The notes under the pieces were generated by a model. That model did not search any database and was not told the DNA's origin. It saw nothing but the letters and a program-made list of their open reading frames with translations. Positions 7,272 to 14,563 of a stretch of DNA of 15,106 bases are shown one piece after another. Within the stretch, counting starts at the first letter, position 1. The number at the start of each line of letters is the position of its first letter. The position numbers and the translations under genes were made by a program. The DNA comes from Corallococcus sp. CA031C. Its GTDB lineage: Bacteria > Myxococcota > Myxococcia > Myxococcales > Myxococcaceae. Location of the stretch: NCBI RefSeq assembly GCF_003612115.1, contig NZ_RAWH01000014.1:64001-79106 (forward strand), in the 5' to 3' direction.

Positions 7272-8093
7272 ATGAGCGATTTCCAGCATGACGTCGTCGA
7301 GGCCAACGGGATCGCGATCCACGTCGCGTCGGCGGGCAGGGGGCCGCCGCTCCTCTTCCTCCACGGATTTCCGCACACCTGGTTCGTCTGGAGGAACGTG
7401 ATGCGCGCGCTCGCCAGCGAGCATCATGTCATCGCACCGGACCTCCGGGGCCTTGGCGCAACGACGCGCGCGACGTCGGGCTACGAGCTCGACACGCTCG
7501 TCGCTGACGCGCTCGCCGTGCTCGACGCGCACACGAAGGAGCCTGCGATTCTCATCGGCCTCGATCTCGGCGCGCCGATCGCGTTCCTCACCGCCGCGCG
7601 CCATCCCGCGCGCGTGAAGAAGCTCGTCGTGATGGAGGCGCTCCTCGGTGGGCTTCCTGGCGCCGAGTCATTCCGTCCGCCGTGGTGGTTCGCGTTCCAC
7701 GCGATCCCCGACATGCCGGAGGCGGTCATCTCGGGCCACGAGGAGGCGTACCTCGACCACTTCTTCACCATCGGCACGAAGCGCGGCCTCCCCGCCGAGG
7801 CGCGCGCCGCCTTCCTTGAGGCCTATCGCGGCCGCGACGCGCTCCGCTGCGCCTTCGCGCACTACCGCGCGCTCCCCGAAAACGCTCGGCTCCTCGCGAA
7901 GGTCGAACGGCTGACTGTCCCGACGCTCGCGATCGCCGGGGGCGTCGTCGGCGACGCACTCGCACGTCAGATCGCGCCGCTGTGCGACCACCTCGTGACC
8001 GCGCGAATCAGCGACGCCGCACACATCCTGCCCGAGGATCAACCCGAGGCGCTCGCCGCGCTCCTGCGCGGTTTCGTCCGTGGCTCCCGCTGA
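7272..8093 (+). CDS. Alpha/beta hydrolase, epoxide hydrolase / haloalkane-dehalogenase-like (Asp nucleophile)
   Basis: HGFPHTWFVWRNV and VIAPDLRGLG are typical of the epoxide hydrolase / dehalogenase subfamily. The nucleophile elbow GLDLG carries Asp rather than Ser. C-terminal cap and His region are present. Start is ATG 7272 (MSDFQHDVV). Confidence 0.8.
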   Translation: MSDFQHDVVEANGIAIHVASAGRGPPLLFLHGFPHTWFVWRNVMRALASEHHVIAPDLRGLGATTRATSGYELDTLVADALAVLDAHTKEPAILIGLDLGAPIAFLTAARHPARVKKLVVMEALLGGLPGAESFRPPWWFAFHAIPDMPEAVISGHEEAYLDHFFTIGTKRGLPAEARAAFLEAYRGRDALRCAFAHYRALPENARLLAKVERLTVPTLAIAGGVVGDALARQIAPLCDHLVTARISDAAHILPEDQPEALAALLRGFVRGSR

Positions 8094-8174
8094 AGCTCAA
8101 AACGCCCTCAGGTCCAGTCCTACGTCATCCTGCTGAACGGGCTGGGCCGTTGACCCGGAGACGCTGTCGTGTCC

Positions 8175-8228
8175 GCACCCTGTGGGTGCCGAGGCTCCCT
8201 GCGCACTCCTCGGTGCCCCCCCGGGCAC
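8175..8228 (+). terminator. Cluster of three GC-rich stem-loops downstream of the hydrolase gene
   Basis: GCACCC-TGT-GGGTGC at 8175-8189. CCGAGG-N13-CCTCGG at 8189-8213. GTGCCC-CCCC-GGGCAC at 8213-8228. These are followed by an AT-richer stretch preceding the GNAT gene. Confidence 0.3.
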
Positions 8229-8345
8229 GTCGCCTGTGAAGAACACCACGCGCGAAGGATGCGTGTGATTCAACAATGACAGTTCAAGGAGATTGTTCGG
8301 GGAGCGCTGTCCCGGCCAACTCCTTCTCCAGCAAAATCTGCCTCC

Positions 8346-9050
8346 ATGAAAATAATGCAATGGGGCGAGCTGAGTCAGATGTTGAGCGGACACGCCGAAC
8401 CACGAGGATGCTACATCCAACAGTTGGCGAGGGAGGACATCCCACAGGTCACCGAGCACCTGCGCGAATGGTATCCAGACATCCAGGTCGGCACGGAGAG
8501 TCGTCACCTGGAGCCCTCTTTCTACGAACGGGAGTTCTTCCTGCGCGGAGAGAGTCCTGACCGCTCTTTGTATGCGATGCTGTGTCGCTCCCAGGAGCGA
8601 CACGAAATCATCGGGCTGCTGACGCTTGAAAAGAATGTGCGGGGGTTGCAGATCTCCGCGCCCATGGGAGCGATCAAGCCCTCGCACCGGGCCCTGGGAA
8701 TCGGTCAGCTGGGAGTCACCGTCCTGGAGGCCGTGGGCCGGAGCATTGGCGCCGAAGTGGCCCTCTACTATTCCACGCTGAAGCTTGCCCGGGCCCAGCT
8801 CAACGCCGAACACCACGGCTTCAAGCTGGTGGGCATCGTCCCGGCCTTCGACATGGATGCCATTGCCCCCGGCACCGTCAAGCGTGTCTATGAGGCCATC
8901 TACGCCAAGGTGCTCACCGGCCCGGAGCACGTCCACATCCCTGACTGGAATGCGCTCATCCCGTCCACCCGGGCGCTCTTCACCCACCTCTTCGGTGCCC
9001 ACCCCATCCACCTCGCCAATGCGCCGGTTCAGGAGCGCAAGCATGGTTGA
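8346..9050 (+). CDS. GNAT-fold N-acyltransferase (single domain)
   Basis: 234 aa. GNAT motif A-like HRALGIGQLGVTVLEAVGRS followed by the beta-strand/helix pattern (YYSTLKLARAQLNAEHHGFKLVG). The 5' third of the gene is distinctly lower in GC. The stop overlaps the next gene's start (ATGGTTGA). Confidence 0.6.
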   Translation: MKIMQWGELSQMLSGHAEPRGCYIQQLAREDIPQVTEHLREWYPDIQVGTESRHLEPSFYEREFFLRGESPDRSLYAMLCRSQERHEIIGLLTLEKNVRGLQISAPMGAIKPSHRALGIGQLGVTVLEAVGRSIGAEVALYYSTLKLARAQLNAEHHGFKLVGIVPAFDMDAIAPGTVKRVYEAIYAKVLTGPEHVHIPDWNALIPSTRALFTHLFGAHPIHLANAPVQERKHG

Positions 9051-10092
9051 GATCCGCACCTTCGAGGGCGACGCCGGGGAAGCCTCCCGCTTCGTCAATG
9101 GTGTCTGGCAGGAGCTCTACGGCAAGCAGCTTCCCCTGGCCGTATGGGACGCGCACTTCTTTGACTGGCTGCTCTTCCGCGAGGGCAAGGCCCCACGCGA
9201 CTACCTGGTGGCCGCGTACGCGGATGGGAAGCTGGTGGGAACGCTGTTCGCGGAGCCCGCGAGGATCCGCCTGGGCTCGCAGGAAGTGGATGGCACCTAC
9301 GGGAGTTGGGCCAGCGTGGCCCCCTCGCACCGCAGACAGGGCATTGGCGGGAAGCTGGCGCAGGAGATGCTCCTGCGACACCGTGAGCGGGGAGCGCGGC
9401 TCCTCCTGGGTTGCGTGGCCGCGGGAACGGATGGGCCTGGCTTCTGGCACCAGACGCAGCATGCGCGCATCCTCGATGGAATGGGGCTCTGGGTGCATGT
9501 CTTTGACGCCCAGGCGCTGGCTCGCTGGTCGATGCACGCTTCGGAACGCGCGCTGTTCACGCTGGCGCGTCCGTTCCTCCGGCACCGGTTCCGGCGAGCG
9601 CAGGCCCAAGGCATCCGTCCCTACCGTCCCTCGGACCTGCCCCGGTGCATGGCACTGGTCCAGCGGATGATGAAGTCCGTGACGCTGGGCTACGCGTACA
9701 CGGCGGAGCGGCTGGCGCATCAGCTTCAGTACCGCGAGGTGCCGCGCACCTTCGTGCTGGAGCAGGCAGGCGAGGTCCGGGGGTTCGTCAACAGCTACTC
9801 CATGCGGATGACGGGCCGGGAGACCATGACCGCGGAGGTCGTGGACCTGATGGCCTTCGACGACGCCGTGCCCGTCACGGAGCGGCGGCGACTGTTGCAG
9901 GTGGCGATGCAGGACATGGAGCGCCGGGGGGTGAGCTGCGCCGCGATGCTGCGGGGCCCCTGCATTCCCGCCCCCCTGATGTGGCGCGCGGGCTGGGTGC
10001 CATTCCCCGGGGAGGCGAAGGTGACGTGCCTGCTGCCGACTCCCGGGCTGGAGCTGCCCGCGGCCCCTTCCGTGTTCACGCACCTGCGTTGA
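9043..10092 (+). CDS. Two-domain GNAT-fold acyltransferase (Eis/MshD-like architecture)
   Basis: 349 aa. The N-terminal GNAT has motif A SHRRQGIGGKLAQEMLLRHRERGARLLLGC. The C-terminal half has a second, degenerate GNAT-like pattern. AGGAG lies 7 nt upstream. Translationally coupled to the preceding GNAT gene through the ATGGTTGA overlap. Confidence 0.7.
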   Translation: MVEIRTFEGDAGEASRFVNGVWQELYGKQLPLAVWDAHFFDWLLFREGKAPRDYLVAAYADGKLVGTLFAEPARIRLGSQEVDGTYGSWASVAPSHRRQGIGGKLAQEMLLRHRERGARLLLGCVAAGTDGPGFWHQTQHARILDGMGLWVHVFDAQALARWSMHASERALFTLARPFLRHRFRRAQAQGIRPYRPSDLPRCMALVQRMMKSVTLGYAYTAERLAHQLQYREVPRTFVLEQAGEVRGFVNSYSMRMTGRETMTAEVVDLMAFDDAVPVTERRRLLQVAMQDMERRGVSCAAMLRGPCIPAPLMWRAGWVPFPGEAKVTCLLPTPGLELPAAPSVFTHLR

Positions 10093-10305
10093 AGCGATGT
10101 GACGGACTCTCTCAAAATTGAATCGCGTGGCGTTGTCGGCCCCCGGGCCTGACGTTGCATTCCGATGTGATGGAACGGAACATCAGCGCGCTCATTGGCG
10201 ACGCCTTTGTTCCCCGCTGATGCGAACGACTCCGAGGAGTGCTGTTCGGGCTCGGAGATGGCACCTTGGAAGCTGCATGCCCCCCATCACGGGCCAGGAC
10301 CTCCC

Positions 10306-11307
10306 ATGACCTACCCCAACGCATCCCCCGACTTCGACCCGCAACTGGCCGCCCTCCTGCCCGCGCTGGAGGGATATGTGCCCCTGAAGATGACGCTGGA
10401 GCAGCTTGAGCACTTCCGTGGCTTGAGCCGCGTGACCCGGGAGGACCTGATTGGCGACGCGAAGGTCCACTGCGTCGATGTCAGCATCCCCGGGTATCAG
10501 GGCGCCGGGATCACGGTCTCGGTCATTTCCCGGCAGGACCACTCAGCTCCGGGGCCTGCGGTCTACTTCATCCATGGCGGCGGAATGGTGATGGGGACCC
10601 GCTTCGCGGGAGCGAAGCCGCTCGTGGACTGGGCGCTCCGTCATGACGCGGTTTGCGTGACGGTCGAATACCGGCTGGCGCCCGAGCATCCAGCGCCCAC
10701 CCTGGTGGAGGACTGTTACGCGGGGCTTGTGTGGATGGCGGCGAACGCCGGCCGGCTGAAGTTTGATCCGAACCAGTTGGTGATCTTCGGCGGGAGCGGC
10801 GGCGGCGGGCTCGCGGCGGGAACCACGCTCCTGGCCCGGGATCGGCAAGGCCCGAGGCTGTTGGGACAGCTGCTGCAATGCCCGATGCTGGACGACCGCA
10901 ATGAGACGGAGTCCGCCCATCGGTACGACGGCGCTGGAGTCTGGGACCGCACCAGCAATCTGACGGCCTGGCGGGCGGTGCTGGGCGACCGCTGCGGGGG
11001 CCCGGAGGTGTCTGCCTATTCCGCGCCCGGGCGTGCGACGGATTTGCGAGGGCTGCCACCGACCTTCATCGACGTCGCGGCAGGGGAGACGTTTCGGGAT
11101 GAAGCCGTCGCCTATGCGCGCGGAATCCTGGCGGCGGGCGGTGAGTGCGAGCTGCACGTCTGGGGCGGAGCCTTCCACGGCTTCTATGACATTGCCCCGC
11201 GGTCCGACGTGGCGCGTGCCTGCATCGCGACGCGCGACGCGTGGCTGGGACGGATGTTCGCGCGGGGGGCCGCGGGCAGGGGCGCCATGCCGGTTTCCGG
11301 TGATTGA
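10306..11307 (+). CDS. Alpha/beta hydrolase fold-3 esterase/lipase (hormone-sensitive-lipase family)
   Basis: HGGG oxyanion motif (VYFIHGGGMVMG), GxSxG nucleophile (FGGSGGGGLAAG), and downstream Asp/His region (HVWGGAFHGF). Start is uncertain: ATG 10306 and ATG 10259 are both in frame. Confidence 0.8.
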   Translation: MTYPNASPDFDPQLAALLPALEGYVPLKMTLEQLEHFRGLSRVTREDLIGDAKVHCVDVSIPGYQGAGITVSVISRQDHSAPGPAVYFIHGGGMVMGTRFAGAKPLVDWALRHDAVCVTVEYRLAPEHPAPTLVEDCYAGLVWMAANAGRLKFDPNQLVIFGGSGGGGLAAGTTLLARDRQGPRLLGQLLQCPMLDDRNETESAHRYDGAGVWDRTSNLTAWRAVLGDRCGGPEVSAYSAPGRATDLRGLPPTFIDVAAGETFRDEAVAYARGILAAGGECELHVWGGAFHGFYDIAPRSDVARACIATRDAWLGRMFARGAAGRGAMPVSGD

Positions 11308-11367
11308 GCAGCCTCCCATCGCGGTACGTGCTGTAGTGAGGGTCCCTGACGGACAGGAGGCTTCCTG

Positions 11368-12687
11368 GTGAAAACGCTTTCCTTTCTTCCGCTGCTCTTC
11401 GCCTGCCTGGCGGTGCCCGGCGGCCCCGTGCTCGCGGCGGCGCCCCCTCCCACCGCCATCGAGGGCCTGGACGCGCTGTACCCCGAACTGGACGCGCTCT
11501 ACCGCGACCTGCACCAGACGCCCGAGCTGTCACTCCAGGAGGAGAAGACGGCGGCGAAGCTGGCCGAGCGCCTTCGCAAGCTCGGCTTCGAGGTGACCCC
11601 GAAGGTGGGCGGGCACGGCGTGGTGGCGCTGCTGCGCAACGGCAAGGGGCCCACGGTGATGCTGCGCACGGACCTGGACGCGCTGCCGGTGGAGGAGAAG
11701 ACGGGGCTGGCCTACGCCAGCAAGACGAAGTCGAAGGATGCGGCCGGAGCGGACGTCGCGGTGATGCACGCGTGCGGGCACGACGTGCACATGACGTCCT
11801 GGCTTGGCACGGCCACCCTGCTGGCGCGGACGAAGGACCGGTGGCGTGGCACGCTGATGCTGGTGGGGCAGCCGGCCGAGGAGATTGGCTCGGGGGCCCG
11901 GCAGATGCTGGCGGACGGCCTGTTCAAGCGCTTTCCCAAACCGGACTTCGCCGTGGCCCTGCACACCGTGTCCACCGCCGCGGCGGGGACGGTGCAGTTC
12001 ACCCCCGGCTATGCGCTGGCGAGCGTGGACTCGGTGGACGTCACCCTCCACGGCAAGGGCGGGCACGGCGCGTACCCGCACACCACCGTGGATCCCGTGG
12101 TGATGGCGGCGCGCACCATCCTGTCGCTTCAGACACTCATCAGCCGGGAGAAGAGCCCGCTGGAGCCCGGGGTCATCACGGTGGGCGCCATCCACGGTGG
12201 CACCAAGCACAACATCATCCCGGACGAGGTGCGCCTGCAGCTCACGGTGCGCACGTACAAGCCGGAGGTCCGCAAGGCGCTGCTGGCCGGCATCGAGCGC
12301 ATCGCCAAAGCGGAGGCGATGGCCTCCGGAGCGCCCCGTCCTCCCGACGTCAAGGTCACCGAGGGCACGCCCGCCACCTTCAATGACCCCGCGCTTACGA
12401 AGCGATTGGTGGACGCGGTGGGCAAGGTGCTGGGCGAGAAGAACCTCAGCGAGACACCGCCCGTCATGGGCGGCGAGGACTTCTCCGAGTACGGCCGCGC
12501 GGGCGTGCCCGCGGTGATGATGTGGCTGGGCATCACCGAACCCAAGCGCTTCGCGGAGGCCAAGGCCGCGGGAGAGACGCTCCCGTCCCCGCACTCGCCC
12601 GTCTACGCGCCGGACCGCGAGCGCACGCTGCGCACCGGCGTCACCGTGCTGACCACCGCCGCGTTGGAGCTGCTCGGGAGGCCCTGA
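11368..12687 (+). CDS. Secreted M20D-family amidohydrolase (hippurate hydrolase / aminoacylase-like metallopeptidase)
   Basis: N-terminal signal peptide (MKTLSFLPLLFACLAVPGGPVLAAA). Metal-binding signature MHACGHDVHM and the general M20 layout (dimerisation domain between catalytic halves). GTG start with GGAGG 7 nt upstream. Confidence 0.85.
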   Translation: MKTLSFLPLLFACLAVPGGPVLAAAPPPTAIEGLDALYPELDALYRDLHQTPELSLQEEKTAAKLAERLRKLGFEVTPKVGGHGVVALLRNGKGPTVMLRTDLDALPVEEKTGLAYASKTKSKDAAGADVAVMHACGHDVHMTSWLGTATLLARTKDRWRGTLMLVGQPAEEIGSGARQMLADGLFKRFPKPDFAVALHTVSTAAAGTVQFTPGYALASVDSVDVTLHGKGGHGAYPHTTVDPVVMAARTILSLQTLISREKSPLEPGVITVGAIHGGTKHNIIPDEVRLQLTVRTYKPEVRKALLAGIERIAKAEAMASGAPRPPDVKVTEGTPATFNDPALTKRLVDAVGKVLGEKNLSETPPVMGGEDFSEYGRAGVPAVMMWLGITEPKRFAEAKAAGETLPSPHSPVYAPDRERTLRTGVTVLTTAALELLGRP

Positions 12688-12795
12688 GAGAACGGAGAGG
12701 CGCATCCCACCTGCCTCCCGCGCTCCGCCCGCCCCCGTCAACGGGTGCCCGGGCCGGCTTGACGCCATGGGACCCCTGTGACCTAGCGTGGGGCC

Positions 12796-13386
12796 ATGCG
12801 GAATCTGCGTGTGGTGCTCGGCCTCGTGGCGGTGCTCTTCGTGGGGCAGGCGCGGGCCGAGGAGACCTTCATCCTTTGGCCGCTGATTGACATGAGCGGC
12901 GTCCACGTCACCGTCAACGTCAGCAATGGTTACGCGAACATTGGGCTCACAGCAGAAGCGCTACGCACCCTCGCTGAGCTGACGTTCCGGCGCCGCGGGA
13001 TCCGAGTCCTTACTGAGAAGGAAATGTACTCGGCAGAAGGAATGCCACAGGCGCACATCAGTGTGAACTTGCTTTCGGCGTCGGATGGAATGGTTGTCTA
13101 TACTACGCGCCTCTCTCTCCGCCAGAACGTCACAGGCAGCAACGGACGAGCAATTGCGACCGCCGAGACATGGACTGACGCGGGCTCCCTCGGCATCGCC
13201 CATCGGCTAGAGCTTCTCGGCGTGATTCGCAGCTCGGTCGAACAAATGGCCGAGAAACTTAGCAACGACTACCTCAAGGCGAATCCGCCGAAGCCTGTCG
13301 TCGAGAAGGAACTCCTCGGCGAAGCCAATGAGGCCGCGTCGAAGAAGAAGCCAGCGTCCCCGCCCAAGTCATCGGGCGTGAGATGA
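12796..13386 (+). CDS. Secreted hypothetical protein (signal peptide, Lys/Pro-rich C-terminal tail), lower-GC gene
   Basis: Signal peptide MRNLRVVLGLVAVLFVGQARA followed by AEE. The body is ~57% GC against ~70% for neighbours. C-terminal low-complexity tail KANPPKPVVEKELLGEANEAASKKKPASPPKSS. No recognisable domain. Confidence 0.55.
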   Translation: MRNLRVVLGLVAVLFVGQARAEETFILWPLIDMSGVHVTVNVSNGYANIGLTAEALRTLAELTFRRRGIRVLTEKEMYSAEGMPQAHISVNLLSASDGMVVYTTRLSLRQNVTGSNGRAIATAETWTDAGSLGIAHRLELLGVIRSSVEQMAEKLSNDYLKANPPKPVVEKELLGEANEAASKKKPASPPKSSGVR

Positions 13387-13510
13387 AGCACTACAGCGGC
13401 GGTCGCCGGCGATGATGCGGTAGCCGTCGCCGTCCTTGCGGACGAGGATGGGCTGGAGGATGCCCTGTGCCTTGATGGACTCGGTGAGTTCGAAGTGAGG
13501 GCTCCCGCTT
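13387..13510 (-). pseudogene. Fragment of a ParB/Spo0J-like N-terminal (ParB-box) domain gene
   Basis: Minus-strand translation HFELTESIKAQGILQPILVRKDGDGYRIIAGDRR is the classic ParB box II (E-SI---G-LQPI-VR---DGY-iIAGeRR). Only ~45 codons remain. It has no start and runs out of frame into the 3' end of the neighbouring gene. Confidence 0.5.
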
Positions 13511-14411
13511 TCATCGCGTCCACCCCTGCACCACCCGTACAGGGGAGAGCTTGGCCGTCGTCGTCCCGTCACCCAGTTCGCCGTTGGCGTTGGAGCCCCA
13601 GGCCCAGACGGTGCCGTCCGCCCCCGCCGCGATGCTGTGAAATTCGCCTGCAGCAATGCTGGTCACTCCGCTGAGACCCGGTACGCGAACCACCGAATCG
13701 TAGCGATTCGTCGTCGTTCCATCGCCCAGTTGGCCGTAGGCATTCCTGCCCCAAGCCCAAACGGTCCCGTCCGATTTCAGTGCCAAGGAGTGGGACGCAC
13801 CAGCGGCAAGGGCGACCACGCCGGCAAGTCCCGGCACCGTCCCTTGAAACGAATAGAAACTCGAGGTCCAGACGGTGCCATCCAACTTCACCGCCAAGGT
13901 GTAATATGGCCCAGAGGCAAGGGCGACCACGCCGGTGAGGCCCGGCACCTGTATCGGCGTTAAGCGGTTCGTCGTTGTCCCGTCGCCCAACTGACCGCTG
14001 GCGTTTTTGCTCCAGGCCCAGACGGTGCCGTCCGACTTCAGCGCCACGGAGCTTTCGCCGCCAGCGGCAAGGGCGACCATGCCGGTGAGGCCCGGCACCT
14101 GCGTCGGCGTGTAGACGTCATATTTCCATTCATCATTATTGCCCGACTGGCCGCTGAAGTTTCTACCCCAAGCCCAGACGGTGCCGTCCGACTTCAAGGC
14201 CAGGACGTGGTTGTCACCCGCGGCGGTGGAGACCACTCCGGTGAGACCCTGCACCTGCCCCGGTGTGAAATTTTCGTCGCCCCCCGTTGCCCAACTGGCC
14301 GCCGTAGTTTTTCCCCCAGGCCCAGACGGCACCGTCGGCCTTCAGCGCGAGGGTGAAGTACTTATCACCTGGGACGACGGCAACCATTCCGCTAACAGCA
14401 CCTAACGAAAG
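13511..14411 (-). pseudogene. RCC1-repeat (beta-propeller) protein gene, 5'-truncated and frameshifted
   Basis: At least 6 tandem ~50-aa RCC1-like repeats ([42 protein letters not shown]). The reading frame switches by one nucleotide within a C6/G6 homopolymer at about 14281-14286. The upstream part of the gene is cut off at ~14412, where IS-derived sequence begins. Confidence 0.65.
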
Positions 14412-14563
14412 TCAGGGCTGGGCTGGCCGTTGGCAAGGGGCATCCTCAGCTTGAGGGGCATGGTCCGTGAACTCGTCCCCGACGCCTTCTGGCAGCGCGT
14501 GGCGCCCCTGCTGCCTCCGCCTCGGCCGAAGGAGAAGCTGGGCCGCCCTCGTGCGGACCCCCT
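14412..14563 (+). mobile_element. IS5-family (IS427/DUF4096-type) transposase N-terminal fragment, interrupted
   Basis: ATG 14460 gives MVRELVPDAFWQRVAPLLPPPRPKEKLGRPRADP. This matches the conserved N-terminus of IS5-family transposases (W-RI-PLLP----K-GRPR-DDR). Similarity stops after ~34 codons. Confidence 0.5.

Noticed and set aside
8097-10083. Minus-strand ORFs 8097..9098 and 8980..10083
   Set aside because: Antisense to the two GNAT genes, which carry recognisable motif A sequences and are translationally coupled.
12750-12795. TTGACG ... CTAGCGT promoter-like hexamers upstream of the secreted-protein gene
   Set aside because: The -10 element is poor and spacing is ambiguous. Sigma-70-type prediction is unreliable in high-GC myxobacterial-like genomes.
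10543-12906. Minus-strand ORFs 10543..11514 and 11530..12906, and plus ORF 11772..12386
   Set aside because: Antisense or out-of-frame relative to the esterase and M20 genes. The M20 gene's signal peptide and MHACGHDVHM motif fix the correct strand and frame.
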